Source: an uncultured Gammaproteobacteria bacterium
GTDB lineage: Bacteria; Pseudomonadota; Gammaproteobacteria; Xanthomonadales; Rhodanobacteraceae
Assembly (NCBI GenBank): GCA_963707225.1
Contig: CAVPQF010000078.1
Coordinates: 6,314 to 70,313 of the forward strand
DNA: 64,000 bases
Direction: 5' to 3'
A program made the position numbers and the translations under genes. A model generated the notes under the pieces. The model was not told the DNA's origin, made no database searches, and worked only from the letters and a program-made list of their open reading frames with translations. Shown here piece by piece: positions 40,693-48,930 of the stretch. The number at the start of each line of letters is the position of its first letter. Within the stretch, counting starts at the first letter, position 1.

Positions 40693-42726
40693 TCACTGGC
40701 CGTCGTCACGATCGAGTACCCGGCGGATGGCTGCGCCGAGTTGCCCGCGGCGATAAGGTTTGCGCAGCAATTCGAAGGCACCGAAAGCGCTGGTGTCGAT
40801 ATCCACCGATGCGTACTCGTAGCCGGAGGTGAATAGCACGGGAAGCCTGGGGTGCTGCTCGTGTGCTTTCGCGGCCAGTTCAAACCCCGTCATCTTGCCG
40901 CCAAGCACGATATCCGTAAAGAGCAGGTCGATGCCCGGGTGCTTCGACAGAAGCTCCAGCGCCGTGTCGGCATCACCTGCTTCGCAAGGTACATAGCCCA
41001 GCGTGCGCAGAAAGGCGACGCCGACACGTCTTACTTCCGGTTCGTCTTCCACGACCAGAACGGTTTCGTGGCCACGGGGCGATGGCGCTGCCGTCGCTTC
41101 CTCGGCAGTCGCTGAAGCGGCGGCCGGCAAAAAAAGCTCGACGCGCGTGCCGCAGCCCACCTGGCTCTCGATATGAAAATGGCCGCCGGACTGTTTCACG
41201 AAGCCATAAACCATGCTGAGGCCGAGACCGCTGCCTTTGCCGGCTTCCTTGGTGGTGAAAAAAGGCTCCAGCACGTGTTCAAGGATTTCCGACGGGATGC
41301 CTTCGCCGTTGTCCGATACGGAAAAGACCACATACGAGCCAGGTGCCAGCCTCGGATCTTCTTCGATGCCGGCAACGCTATAAGAGCGCGCGGCGATCGC
41401 AAGACGGCCGCCGTGCGGCATCGCGTCCCGCGCATTGAGCGCCAGGTTGATCAGGGCCGCTTCCAGTTCCCCCACGTCGGCATATACCGCGGGCACTTCG
41501 TTGTTGCACTCGGCGGTCACGGTGATGCGTTCGTCCAGAGTGCGCCTCAGCATCTCGTTCAGATCGGCCAGCAATTGCACGGTGCGCACGGCACGCGGCA
41601 ACAGATGCTGGCGGCATGAGAAAGCGAGCAGCTTGCGGGTAAGCGTCGCGCCGCGCTCAACCGCACGCGACGCGCTTGCGAGGGTTTTCCGGGTTGCCGG
41701 ATCATCCGGTACGTCGGTTTCCAGCAACTGCAGGTTGCCGGAAATCACCGTCAGCAGGTTGTTGAAATCGTGCGCAATGCCGCCGGTGAGTTGACCGAGC
41801 GCGTCCAGTCGCTGCGAATGTGCCAGTTGTTCTTCGCTGCGTCCGCGCTGGATGGACGCGGCCAGGATGTTGGCCACCGATTGCAGGAAATTCAGTCGGT
41901 CCCGGTCAAAACAGTCCTTCTGATGCGCAAGTACCAGCAATACCCCCATGGGCCCCTGCCGGTCGGGCAACGACGCGATGGCGGCGTCCTGGTAATCCCG
42001 ACTCAGGGACGGGCATATGCCGCGAAGGATATCGATGACGCTGCCTCGCATGGGTGGCTGCTCATCGACCTCCAGCATCCAGCTGCACATCACGTCCAGC
42101 AAGGCGGGGTTGCCCGACAGGCTTTCCAGTGCCGCTTGCGGCAAACCCTTCGATGCGATGGCGCGCAAGCCCGCATGGTATGGATGGTCGATGATGATCG
42201 CTGCGGCAGGAATGTCCAGGGTAGTTGCCACCAGCCCGGGAATTTCGTCGATGGCCTTTTCGTGGTACGTGGCCTCGAGCAGGCGTCGGCCCATCTGGGC
42301 CAAGGCAACGTCGAAGCGAGTGCGTTCCTGGGCCTGGCGTGCACGCTGCGTTTCGGAGATATCGCGGATCGATGCCGCGTACAGCATTTCCCGCGAAGCG
42401 GCGACCGGGCCCAGGCCGATTTCCACGGGAAACGATCGGCCATCGGCACGTATCCCGGTCAATTCGTAGCCAGCGCCCATGGCGCGCTCACGCGGACGGG
42501 CGGCGTAATGGGCACGGTGTGCGACATGCGCCTGGCGCAGGGCCAGCGGCAGCAGCGCTTCCACCTGCAAACCGACAAGCGCCCCTTCTTCATAGCCGAA
42601 CAGGCGCTCTGCATGCGCATTGGTCAGCACGATGACGCCTTGCCGATCGACCACGATCATCGCATCCGGTGCTGCATCGAACAACGAACGAAACAGGTTG
42701 GCATCGGGGGCCTGCTTGCTGAACAT
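40693..42726 (-). CDS. Hybrid sensor histidine kinase: PAS, GAF-like region, HisKA, HATPase and receiver
   Basis: Start is the ATG at 42726 ([27 protein letters not shown]); the 843-aa track ORF is a read-through into the upstream gene. H-box is [15 protein letters not shown], HATPase is DNGEGIP...[12 protein letters not shown], and the receiver is [13 protein letters not shown]...DLLFTDIVL. Confidence 0.85.
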   Translation of the reverse strand: MFSKQAPDANLFRSLFDAAPDAMIVVDRQGVIVLTNAHAERLFGYEEGALVGLQVEALLPLALRQAHVAHRAHYAARPRERAMGAGYELTGIRADGRSFPVEIGLGPVAASREMLYAASIRDISETQRARQAQERTRFDVALAQMGRRLLEATYHEKAIDEIPGLVATTLDIPAAAIIIDHPYHAGLRAIASKGLPQAALESLSGNPALLDVMCSWMLEVDEQPPMRGSVIDILRGICPSLSRDYQDAAIASLPDRQGPMGVLLVLAHQKDCFDRDRLNFLQSVANILAASIQRGRSEEQLAHSQRLDALGQLTGGIAHDFNNLLTVISGNLQLLETDVPDDPATRKTLASASRAVERGATLTRKLLAFSCRQHLLPRAVRTVQLLADLNEMLRRTLDERITVTAECNNEVPAVYADVGELEAALINLALNARDAMPHGGRLAIAARSYSVAGIEEDPRLAPGSYVVFSVSDNGEGIPSEILEHVLEPFFTTKEAGKGSGLGLSMVYGFVKQSGGHFHIESQVGCGTRVELFLPAAASATAEEATAAPSPRGHETVLVVEDEPEVRRVGVAFLRTLGYVPCEAGDADTALELLSKHPGIDLLFTDIVLGGKMTGFELAAKAHEQHPRLPVLFTSGYEYASVDIDTSAFGAFELLRKPYRRGQLGAAIRRVLDRDDGQ

Positions 42727-42734
42727 GTCTCCCC

Positions 42735-43472
42735 CTATATCCGGCGAACCGTGGACGAGAACAGATAGCCGGTGCCACGAATCGATTTGATCCGTTGCGG
42801 ATGGGCGGGATCGGGCTCGATCTTGCGGCGAAGGCGCCCGATCTGCACGTCGATCGAACGATCGAACGGCCCTGCATCGTGGCCATGGATATGCGTCATC
42901 AACTGGTCGCGCGTAAGCACCTGATTGGCGTGCTCGACGAAAGCCCGGAGCAGGGCGAATTCGCCGCTGGTCAGCCGGATGGGCTCGTCTTGCGGTCCGC
43001 ACAGGGTGTACGACTGCGGATCCAGCACACAGCCATCGAACGACCAGCGCCCGGTGTCGTCGCTTGGGGCAGGGGATGCCCGGCGCAGGACACTGCGCAC
43101 GCGAGCCAGCAGTTCGCGCAGATCGAACGGCTTGGTGACATAGTCGTCCGCGCCGAGCTCCAGGCCCACCACGCGATCCACGGATTCGCCACGCCCGCTC
43201 ACGATGATCACCGGGCCATGCCAATGCTTGCGCAGATTCCGGGTCAGGCTGAAACCGTCTTCGCCGGGCAGGCCGATGTCCAGCATCACGATATCTACCG
43301 TTTCGCTGTCTATGACGTGGCGCATGTGAACGCCGTCGCCGGCAGTGCTGACGCGAAAGCCTTGGCTGCCGAAGTAGCGCCTCAGAATCTGAACGATCTC
43401 GATATCGTCATCGACCACCAGCAAGTGCGCCGGCGCTATCGTGGATGACGCAGGACTGGGCGAGACGGCCAT
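42735..43472 (-). CDS. OmpR/PhoB-family response regulator
   Basis: Start is the ATG at 43472. Receiver is HLLVVDDDIEIVQIL...DIVMLDIGLPGEDG; winged helix is LTSGEFALLRAFVEH...IKSIRGTGYLF. Its stop lies 8 bp before the kinase ATG. Confidence 0.9.
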   Translation of the reverse strand: MAVSPSPASSTIAPAHLLVVDDDIEIVQILRRYFGSQGFRVSTAGDGVHMRHVIDSETVDIVMLDIGLPGEDGFSLTRNLRKHWHGPVIIVSGRGESVDRVVGLELGADDYVTKPFDLRELLARVRSVLRRASPAPSDDTGRWSFDGCVLDPQSYTLCGPQDEPIRLTSGEFALLRAFVEHANQVLTRDQLMTHIHGHDAGPFDRSIDVQIGRLRRKIEPDPAHPQRIKSIRGTGYLFSSTVRRI

Positions 43473-43610
43473 CTGGACTCTCGATTCGCGGTGGTACCCT
43501 GTCGAGTGAGCACTCGGGCGGAGCATACGCCTGCGCCGGTCGGCTTGCAGTAGCAGCCAGCGCGGCGAGGGCGAATGCGGCGGCCCGCGATGGTGGCCGG
43601 AATCGGGCTC

Positions 43611-43624
43611 GCTGAGCCGGATCA
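43611..43624. promoter_or_regulatory. Weak half-conserved FNR-type box CTGAGCCGGATCAA
   Basis: The right half is perfect and the left half matches 3/5. The centre is 68 bp upstream of the adh ATG, the same spacing as the box in front of the tandem usp gene. Confidence 0.25.
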
Positions 43625-43684
43625 ACCCGGTCGGGTACCGGTATGCGCGATGATGATGCGCCTATCCACAGCGAGGACGGAATC

Positions 43685-44668
43685 ATGCGCGCCATGGTGC
43701 TTGGCAAGGTCGGCGAACCACTGGCACTCCGGACACTGCCCGATCCGCTGCCGGGCGACCATGAGGTTCGGCTGCGAGTGGAGGCCTGCGGCGTATGCCG
43801 CACGGACCTTCACATTGTCGACGGCGAGCTACCGAATGTCGCGACGCCGCTGATTCCGGGACACGAATGTGTCGGTCTGGTCGAGGCGCTTGGCTCCGGC
43901 GTTTCCGGACTCAAGCCGGGCCAGCGGGTAGGCGTTCCCTGGTTGGGCGGCACCTGCCACCGTTGCGAATACTGCCGTAATGGCCGCGAAAACCTGTGCG
44001 ACATGCCGGAGTTCACCGGCTATACGCGGCCGGGCGGTTACGCAAGCCATATCGTCGCACGCGCGGATTACTGCGTGCCGCTGCACCATGACGCCGATCC
44101 CGTCGCCATCGCTCCGCTGCTGTGCGCGGGCCTGATCGGCTGGCGCTGCCTGGTGAAGGCGGGGCAGGCGAAGCGCATCGGCCTCTACGGTTTCGGTGCG
44201 GCGGCACACATCATCACCCAGATCGCCTGCCGGCAGCAGCGCGGGGTCTACGCCTTTACACGGGCCGGCGATATCGCCGCCCAGACTTTTGCGCGTTCGC
44301 TCGGTGCCGTGTGGGCCGGTTCATCCGGGGAGCCGCCACCCGAGCCGCTGGATGCGGCGATCCTGTTCGCGCCGGTAGGCGACCTGGTTCCGCAGGCGTT
44401 GCGTGCCGTGAAGAAGGGCGGAAGGGTCGTGTGCGGCGGCATCCACATGTCCGATATCCCGTCATTCCCGTATCGCTGGCTGTGGGAGGAGCGCGAGGTG
44501 GTTTCCGTTGCCAATCTGACGCGCGCCGATGCGCATGATTTCTTAGCGGCCAGGGAATGCAAAGACCTAAGAACCGTCACACATGTCTATCCGCTCGAAC
44601 AGGCCAACCGGGCCCTGGATGATCTGCGCGCGGGAAGCTTCAGCGGTGCCGCGGTGCTCAAGCCGTAA
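43685..44668 (+). CDS. Zinc-dependent alcohol dehydrogenase (AdhP-like)
   Basis: Start is the ATG at 43685 behind GAGGA. Contains MRAMVLGKVGEPLALRTLPDP, ACGVCRTDLHIVDGE, GHECVGLVEALG and CHRCEYCRNGRENLC. Confidence 0.9.
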   Translation: MRAMVLGKVGEPLALRTLPDPLPGDHEVRLRVEACGVCRTDLHIVDGELPNVATPLIPGHECVGLVEALGSGVSGLKPGQRVGVPWLGGTCHRCEYCRNGRENLCDMPEFTGYTRPGGYASHIVARADYCVPLHHDADPVAIAPLLCAGLIGWRCLVKAGQAKRIGLYGFGAAAHIITQIACRQQRGVYAFTRAGDIAAQTFARSLGAVWAGSSGEPPPEPLDAAILFAPVGDLVPQALRAVKKGGRVVCGGIHMSDIPSFPYRWLWEEREVVSVANLTRADAHDFLAARECKDLRTVTHVYPLEQANRALDDLRAGSFSGAAVLKP

Positions 44669-44701
44669 TGCGATATGCCGGCATGGCTGGAGCAGGACTT
44701 G

Positions 44702-44735
44702 AACCGGAACAAGGCCGCAACCGGAACAAGGCCGC
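44702..44735. repeat. Perfect tandem duplication of a 17-mer (AACCGGAACAAGGCCGC x2)
   Basis: Read directly from the sequence. Lies between the convergent adh and polX stops, where no obvious hairpin terminator is present. Confidence 0.8.
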
Positions 44736-44751
44736 GCAACGATGCAGGCCG

Positions 44752-46488
44752 TCAACTCGCGCCGGCCATGGTCGCCTTGAGCCGCGTACGGAGTTTCTTC
44801 AAGGGCAGCGTGTTGATCACATCCTTGCATTCCAGCCATCCGCGCCGTGCCTGGCCAACGCCGAAGCGCAGGGCTGCATAGCTGTTCTCGTCGTGTGAAT
44901 CGCTGGAAATCGCCACCTGCACGCCTCCGTCCCGGGCCATGCGACAGCCGATGTCATTCAGGTCGAGGCGGTCGGGGTGCGCGTTCAATTCCAGGAAGCA
45001 CCCGCGCTCGCGGGCGTGGCCGATGAGTCGCTCCAGGTCGACCTCGTACGCCTCGCGTTCACCGATCAGGCGCCCGGTGGGATGCGCCAGGATGCTGAAG
45101 CATGGCTGGTCCATCGCGCGCATGATCCGTTCGGTCTGGCGAGTGCGCGACAGCTTGAAGTGGCTGTGGACGGCGCCGACGACCAGGTCAAGCCGGCGAA
45201 GCACGCACGCAGGGAGATCGAGCGACCCGTCTTCCAGGATCTCGATCTCGATGCCTTTCAGCACGACGATATCCCTGGATGTTTCATTGAAGCGATCGAT
45301 CAGGTCGATCTGCCGTGCCAGCCGGTCCGCGTCGAGTCCATGGGCGATGCCGAGCCCCCGGGAATGATCCGTGATGGCGACATAGGAGAGGCCGGCCTTG
45401 CGGGCTGCGTCCACCATGTCGGCAAAGCTGGCGTGTCCGTCGGAGGCATCGGTGTGTACATGCAGGTCGCCGCGCAGGTCGGTGCGCTCGATCAACGCCG
45501 GGAGCCGGTGTTGCCGGGCGGATTCGATCTCGCCGCGGTTCTCGCGCAGCTCCGGGGGAATCAGCGGCAATCCGAGCGTTGCATAGACCGACTGCTCGGT
45601 GTTCCCCGCGATGCGGCGCGCACCACGGTAAACGCCGTACTCGTTGATCTTCAGGCCATCCGCCTTGGCGATGCGCCGTAACGCCACGTTGTGCGCCTTG
45701 GAGCCGGTGAAATACACCATCGCCGCGCCGAAGGATTCCGGCTTGACCACGCGCAAATCGATCTGGAGCCCGCTTTTCAGCACGACGCTCGAGCGGGTCG
45801 GCCCTTGCGACAGCACGCGCGCCACCTCCGGGTAAGCCAGGAAACGGCGACTGACCGCCGTGCTCTGGTCGGCGGAAACCAGTACGTCCAGATCGCCAAC
45901 CGTGTCCTGCTGGCGGCGGTAGCTGCCGGCGACATCCAGCGAGGCGATGTCCTTCGATGCGTGCAGATACCGCGATATCGCTTCGGCTTGCTGGGCGGCG
46001 AACGAAAGTTTCCAACGATGCCCGCTGGCCAGGTAGGCCGACGCCGCTTGCAGCAGGCCGGTTTCCATGCGCGGCCCGAAGCCCTTCATCGCGCTCAGGC
46101 GGCCGGCGCGCGCCGCGCCCACCAGCCGGCGTGGCGTGGTGACGCCCGCCTCGTGGAACAGCCGGCTCGCCCGCTTCGGGCCGATGCCGGGGATGTGCAG
46201 CAATTCGCGCAGTCCCCGCGGGTGAGCCTGACGCAAGGCCTTGAGCTGGGCGCAGGAGCCGGTATGCACGATCTCGCCGATTTTTTCCGCGAGATCCTCG
46301 CCAATGCCGGGAAGTTCGGCATACGCGGCTTCCCCGCCGGCGGCGTCGGCCAGCGGCTTTGGCCACGAGCCGACCGTGCGTGCCGCATTCCGATAGGCCC
46401 GAATGCGGAACGGATTGGCCTGGTCGAGTTCCAGCCAGTCGGCGATTTCATCGAAGATCGCGCCGATGCTGGCGTTGGTCGCGCTCAT
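44752..46488 (-). CDS. polX: DNA polymerase/3'-5' exonuclease PolX (Pol-beta-like core plus PHP domain)
   Basis: 578 aa. N-terminus is IFDEIADWLELDQANPFRIRAYRNAARTV, with helix-hairpin-helix ELPGIGEDLAEKI and GIGPKRASRL. The nucleotidyltransferase segment is GSYRRQQDTVGDLDVLV and the PHP domain is DLHVHTDASDGHASFADM...VAITDHS. Confidence 0.9.
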   Translation of the reverse strand: MSATNASIGAIFDEIADWLELDQANPFRIRAYRNAARTVGSWPKPLADAAGGEAAYAELPGIGEDLAEKIGEIVHTGSCAQLKALRQAHPRGLRELLHIPGIGPKRASRLFHEAGVTTPRRLVGAARAGRLSAMKGFGPRMETGLLQAASAYLASGHRWKLSFAAQQAEAISRYLHASKDIASLDVAGSYRRQQDTVGDLDVLVSADQSTAVSRRFLAYPEVARVLSQGPTRSSVVLKSGLQIDLRVVKPESFGAAMVYFTGSKAHNVALRRIAKADGLKINEYGVYRGARRIAGNTEQSVYATLGLPLIPPELRENRGEIESARQHRLPALIERTDLRGDLHVHTDASDGHASFADMVDAARKAGLSYVAITDHSRGLGIAHGLDADRLARQIDLIDRFNETSRDIVVLKGIEIEILEDGSLDLPACVLRRLDLVVGAVHSHFKLSRTRQTERIMRAMDQPCFSILAHPTGRLIGEREAYEVDLERLIGHARERGCFLELNAHPDRLDLNDIGCRMARDGGVQVAISSDSHDENSYAALRFGVGQARRGWLECKDVINTLPLKKLRTRLKATMAGAS

Positions 46489-46497
46489 TCGCCAGCC

Positions 46498-46929
46498 TCA
46501 GGTCGGCAGATACGCGCGAAGTTCGTTGGGGGAGAGCGCAAGCAGGTCGCTGCCGACCTCGGCCGTGACGCACTTCAGCGTCTGATCATCGAGGCGGTCG
46601 CGCAGCACGCCGAGGAATCGCGGCGGTGCCATCAGCACGAGTTGGTCGTACTGGTTGTCCAAACGCCCCTGCCGAATGGCGTCGCGCAACAGATCGGCGA
46701 ATTGCAGCGCATGTTTTTCCCGCAGCGGGGTATGCGGTTCGATGGCATGGCGTGCCGAGTTGGCGCTTTCCTGGGTACGCCCCTGCCGGCCATGCTCGGG
46801 ATGCTGCCCCGGGGAGCGGCCATTGGGGTTGGTGTAGCACGCGATCTCCGTCAGGCTTCCGCCTTTCCTGGGCATCTCGAACAGGCGTGCCTTGGCGGCA
46901 TCGGCGACCAGTAACCAGATTTTCGACAT
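46498..46929 (-). CDS. Host_attach-family ('host attachment protein') protein
   Basis: Start is the ATG at 46929 (MSKIWLLVADAAKARLFE...). LVLMAPPRFLGVLRDRL and AEVGSDLLALSPNELRAYL match my memory of the family pattern. Its stop lies 9 bp before the polX ATG, so an operon is likely. Confidence 0.75.
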   Translation of the reverse strand: MSKIWLLVADAAKARLFEMPRKGGSLTEIACYTNPNGRSPGQHPEHGRQGRTQESANSARHAIEPHTPLREKHALQFADLLRDAIRQGRLDNQYDQLVLMAPPRFLGVLRDRLDDQTLKCVTAEVGSDLLALSPNELRAYLPT

Positions 46930-47071
46930 GTTGGCATTCTCCAGTTGACCATGACGACCGCTGTTGCCGGAAGCAGTTGGCAGCACCGGCGCCCGAAAGC
47001 CTCGTCTGTCGATCCCGTTTTTCTTCTGGGCAACGACATGCTGGAAGGCTAAGCCCCGGCCGGAAAGCACC

Positions 47072-47085
47072 TTGACGCCGGTCAA
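47072..47085. promoter_or_regulatory. FNR/FixK/Dnr-type box TTGACGCCGGTCAA
   Basis: Perfectly symmetric, 8/10 to TTGAT-N4-ATCAA. The centre is about 150 bp upstream of the Host_attach ATG on the minus strand. Confidence 0.45.
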
Positions 47086-47254
47086 CAAACGACTGCGGGT
47101 TCATCCGTTCGAAATGCCGGTCCAGTTCGGCGCGGGAAGCGCGCATGAAGTCTCCGGTCACGCCGCACTCGGACCAGCCCTGAAACGACCCCGTTTGGCC
47201 CGGCCCATCGCCGCGACCGCAGGCAGACGATGGCGCAGCTCCGTCGGCGGCGAA

Positions 47255-47268
47255 TTGATCTGAATCAA
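47255..47268. promoter_or_regulatory. Perfect FNR/FixK box TTGATCTGAATCAA
   Basis: 10/10 match; the centre is 52 bp upstream of the next box. Confidence 0.6.
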
Positions 47269-47306
47269 CCCGGCTCGCGGGCCGCTCGCCGGAATGTGTT
47301 GCAAGG

Positions 47307-47320
47307 TTGATCTGTATCAA
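47307..47320. promoter_or_regulatory. Perfect FNR/FixK box TTGATCTGTATCAA
   Basis: 10/10 match; the centre is about 125 bp upstream of the BON gene ATG (47439). Confidence 0.6.
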
Positions 47321-47438
47321 CACGCGGAGACGGCTCGTTTCTACAGTGGCCAGGCATCGATGGCGACTTTCCGCTTCGCATCGACGTGTCATGCGTGCTT
47401 TCGCGCAACGTGTGTGGAAAATATCCGAGGAAAAGCCC

Positions 47439-48089
47439 ATGAAAACTGATCGTCAACTTCAAGAAGACATCCTGAACGAGCTCGATTGGGAGCCGTCGGT
47501 GGACGCCAGCCGCATCGGCGTCGAGGTATCGCAAGGGGTGGCCACCTTGTCCGGCCACGTCGAGAGCTACACGCAGAAGTGGGCGGCCGAACGCGCAGCG
47601 CAGCGCGTCGCAGGCATCAAGAGCGTTGCGATGGACATTGACGTGGTTTTGCCCGGGCCGCATCAACGCGATGACACGGAGATCGCCAAGGCGGCCACGG
47701 ATGCCATCGGCTGGAACGTTTCGATTCCGAAGGATACGGTCAAGCTCGTGGTCGAAGATGGTTGGGTCACGCTTTCCGGCGACGTCGAGTGGGCGTTCAT
47801 CCGAAACGCTGCGGAAGCCAGTGTCCGCCACCTGTACGGTGTCAAGGGCGTGGTCAACAAGATCAGCATTCGCCCGCATATCGAGCCGCGCGGCGTCAAG
47901 ACCAAGATCGAGGCGGCGCTCTATCGTCGCGCGCACCTCGATGCCGCCGCCATCACGGTTGGCGTGGATAAGGGTACGGTGACCCTGACGGGCGAGGTCG
48001 ATTCGCTGGCCGAGCGCAACACGGTTGAATGGGCGGCATGGAGCGCGCCCGGCGTACAGAAGGTTGTCGACAACCTCGTTGTCGCCTGA
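47439..48089 (+). CDS. BON-domain protein (OsmY-like, multiple BON repeats)
   Basis: Start is the ATG at 47439 behind GAGGA. Repeated BON pattern: RIGVEVSQGVATLSGHVESY...VAGIKSV, VKLVVEDGWVTLSGDVEW...VKGVVNKI, and ITVGVDKGTVTLTGEVDS...GVQKVVDNL. Confidence 0.85.
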   Translation: MKTDRQLQEDILNELDWEPSVDASRIGVEVSQGVATLSGHVESYTQKWAAERAAQRVAGIKSVAMDIDVVLPGPHQRDDTEIAKAATDAIGWNVSIPKDTVKLVVEDGWVTLSGDVEWAFIRNAAEASVRHLYGVKGVVNKISIRPHIEPRGVKTKIEAALYRRAHLDAAAITVGVDKGTVTLTGEVDSLAERNTVEWAAWSAPGVQKVVDNLVVA

Positions 48090-48108
48090 GCAGTCGCCTG
48101 CAAGAGTG

Positions 48109-48136
48109 AAGAGGCCGCATCGATGCGGCCTCTTTT
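48109..48136 (+). terminator. Rho-independent terminator of the BON gene
   Basis: AAGAGGCCGCA-tcga-TGCGGCCTCTT followed by TT. Confidence 0.8.
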
Positions 48137-48140
48137 CGTG

Positions 48141-48930
48141 GTGCGCCCGGCAGGGCGCACCTGCTTGGAGGTGAAAGTCCTCTATCCACCCGGCAAGGGG
48201 AAGGATTAGCCAGAGGCAGGGGCGATCGGGTGACTGGTCGTCTGAAGGAAGCCCGAGGCAAAACGCTGGCCTGATGACAAGACCGCCGGGAGCGGTCTTG
48301 AACAGCCGCAGGCTGGCCCCGAAGGGGTGAGCCGCAGGGATGCGGCGAATAACAAGAAGCGGATACGAGGCGACGTGTCGGGGTGAGGCAGCCATGAAGG
48401 CCAAAGCCCAGTACTTGCACGGAACGACACGGCGTATATCCGACAGGCATCCCGCAAGGGGACTTCCTTCGGTCGTAAGCGGGAAGGCAGGTGCGTCATA
48501 CCCGGGGAGATCTCGCCTCGTGCCTGACCAGCCCGAAGGGCGCAGGACAGCCGTAGGCTGGTCCTGAGCGTAGCGAAGGATGCGCGCAGCGCACAAAGGG
48601 CGACGCCGCAGGGCGGAGCGAGAAGTCAGCAGAGGCCATAGTAGGTGCGGTATGACCGAAGGGCCGAACCTGTCACGAGTGGCAAGTCACGCGTGCTCTC
48701 TGCGCGTCTTGGGCAGAAGTTCCGGTGCAAGCCGGGAGCCTTGGTCAGAGCTGGACGGGCCGGAAGTCCGGAAGGTGATTGGGGTGTCCATAGGACGACA
48801 GGCGACACGACGAACGAAACAAGCTCAAGGCCTCGAAGTTCGCATGAACTACATGGCAGACGGGAACCGCCGTATGCGGAACCGCACGTACGGTGGTGTG
48901 GGAGGGGGCCGGAGTATTCCGGCTACCTAC
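48141..48930 (+). mobile_element. Group II intron RNA, apparently ORF-less (no reverse transcriptase/maturase)
   Basis: The 5' end GTGCGCCCGGCAGGGCGCAC fits the GUGYG consensus. Domain V, ACCGCCGTATGCGGAACCGCACGTACGGTGGT (48866-48897), has a 10-bp lower helix, an AC bulge and a CGC triad. A domain VI hairpin GCCGGA-gtat-TCCGGC carries a bulged A at 48925, and the 3' end reads ...CCTAC. No ORF in any frame across the 790 nt resembles an RT. Boundaries are good to a few nt. Confidence 0.8.

Noticed and set aside
40693-43224. 843-aa ORF suggesting one giant kinase
   Set aside because: The N-terminal 166 aa are an out-of-frame read-through across the response-regulator gene. The kinase has its own ATG at 42726, 8 bp after the regulator stop.
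47089-47254. Possible gene fragment on the minus strand (…GDFMRASRAELDRHFERMNPQSF…)
   Set aside because: It is part of a long antisense-style ORF (46586..47440) with no recognisable family motif and no RBS or start context. It is treated as non-coding promoter DNA.
48166-48185. GGAGGTGAAAGTCCTC, reminiscent of the RNase P RNA GAGGAAAGUCC motif
   Set aside because: The surrounding sequence lacks the other RNase P conserved regions, and the segment lies inside domain I of the group II intron.
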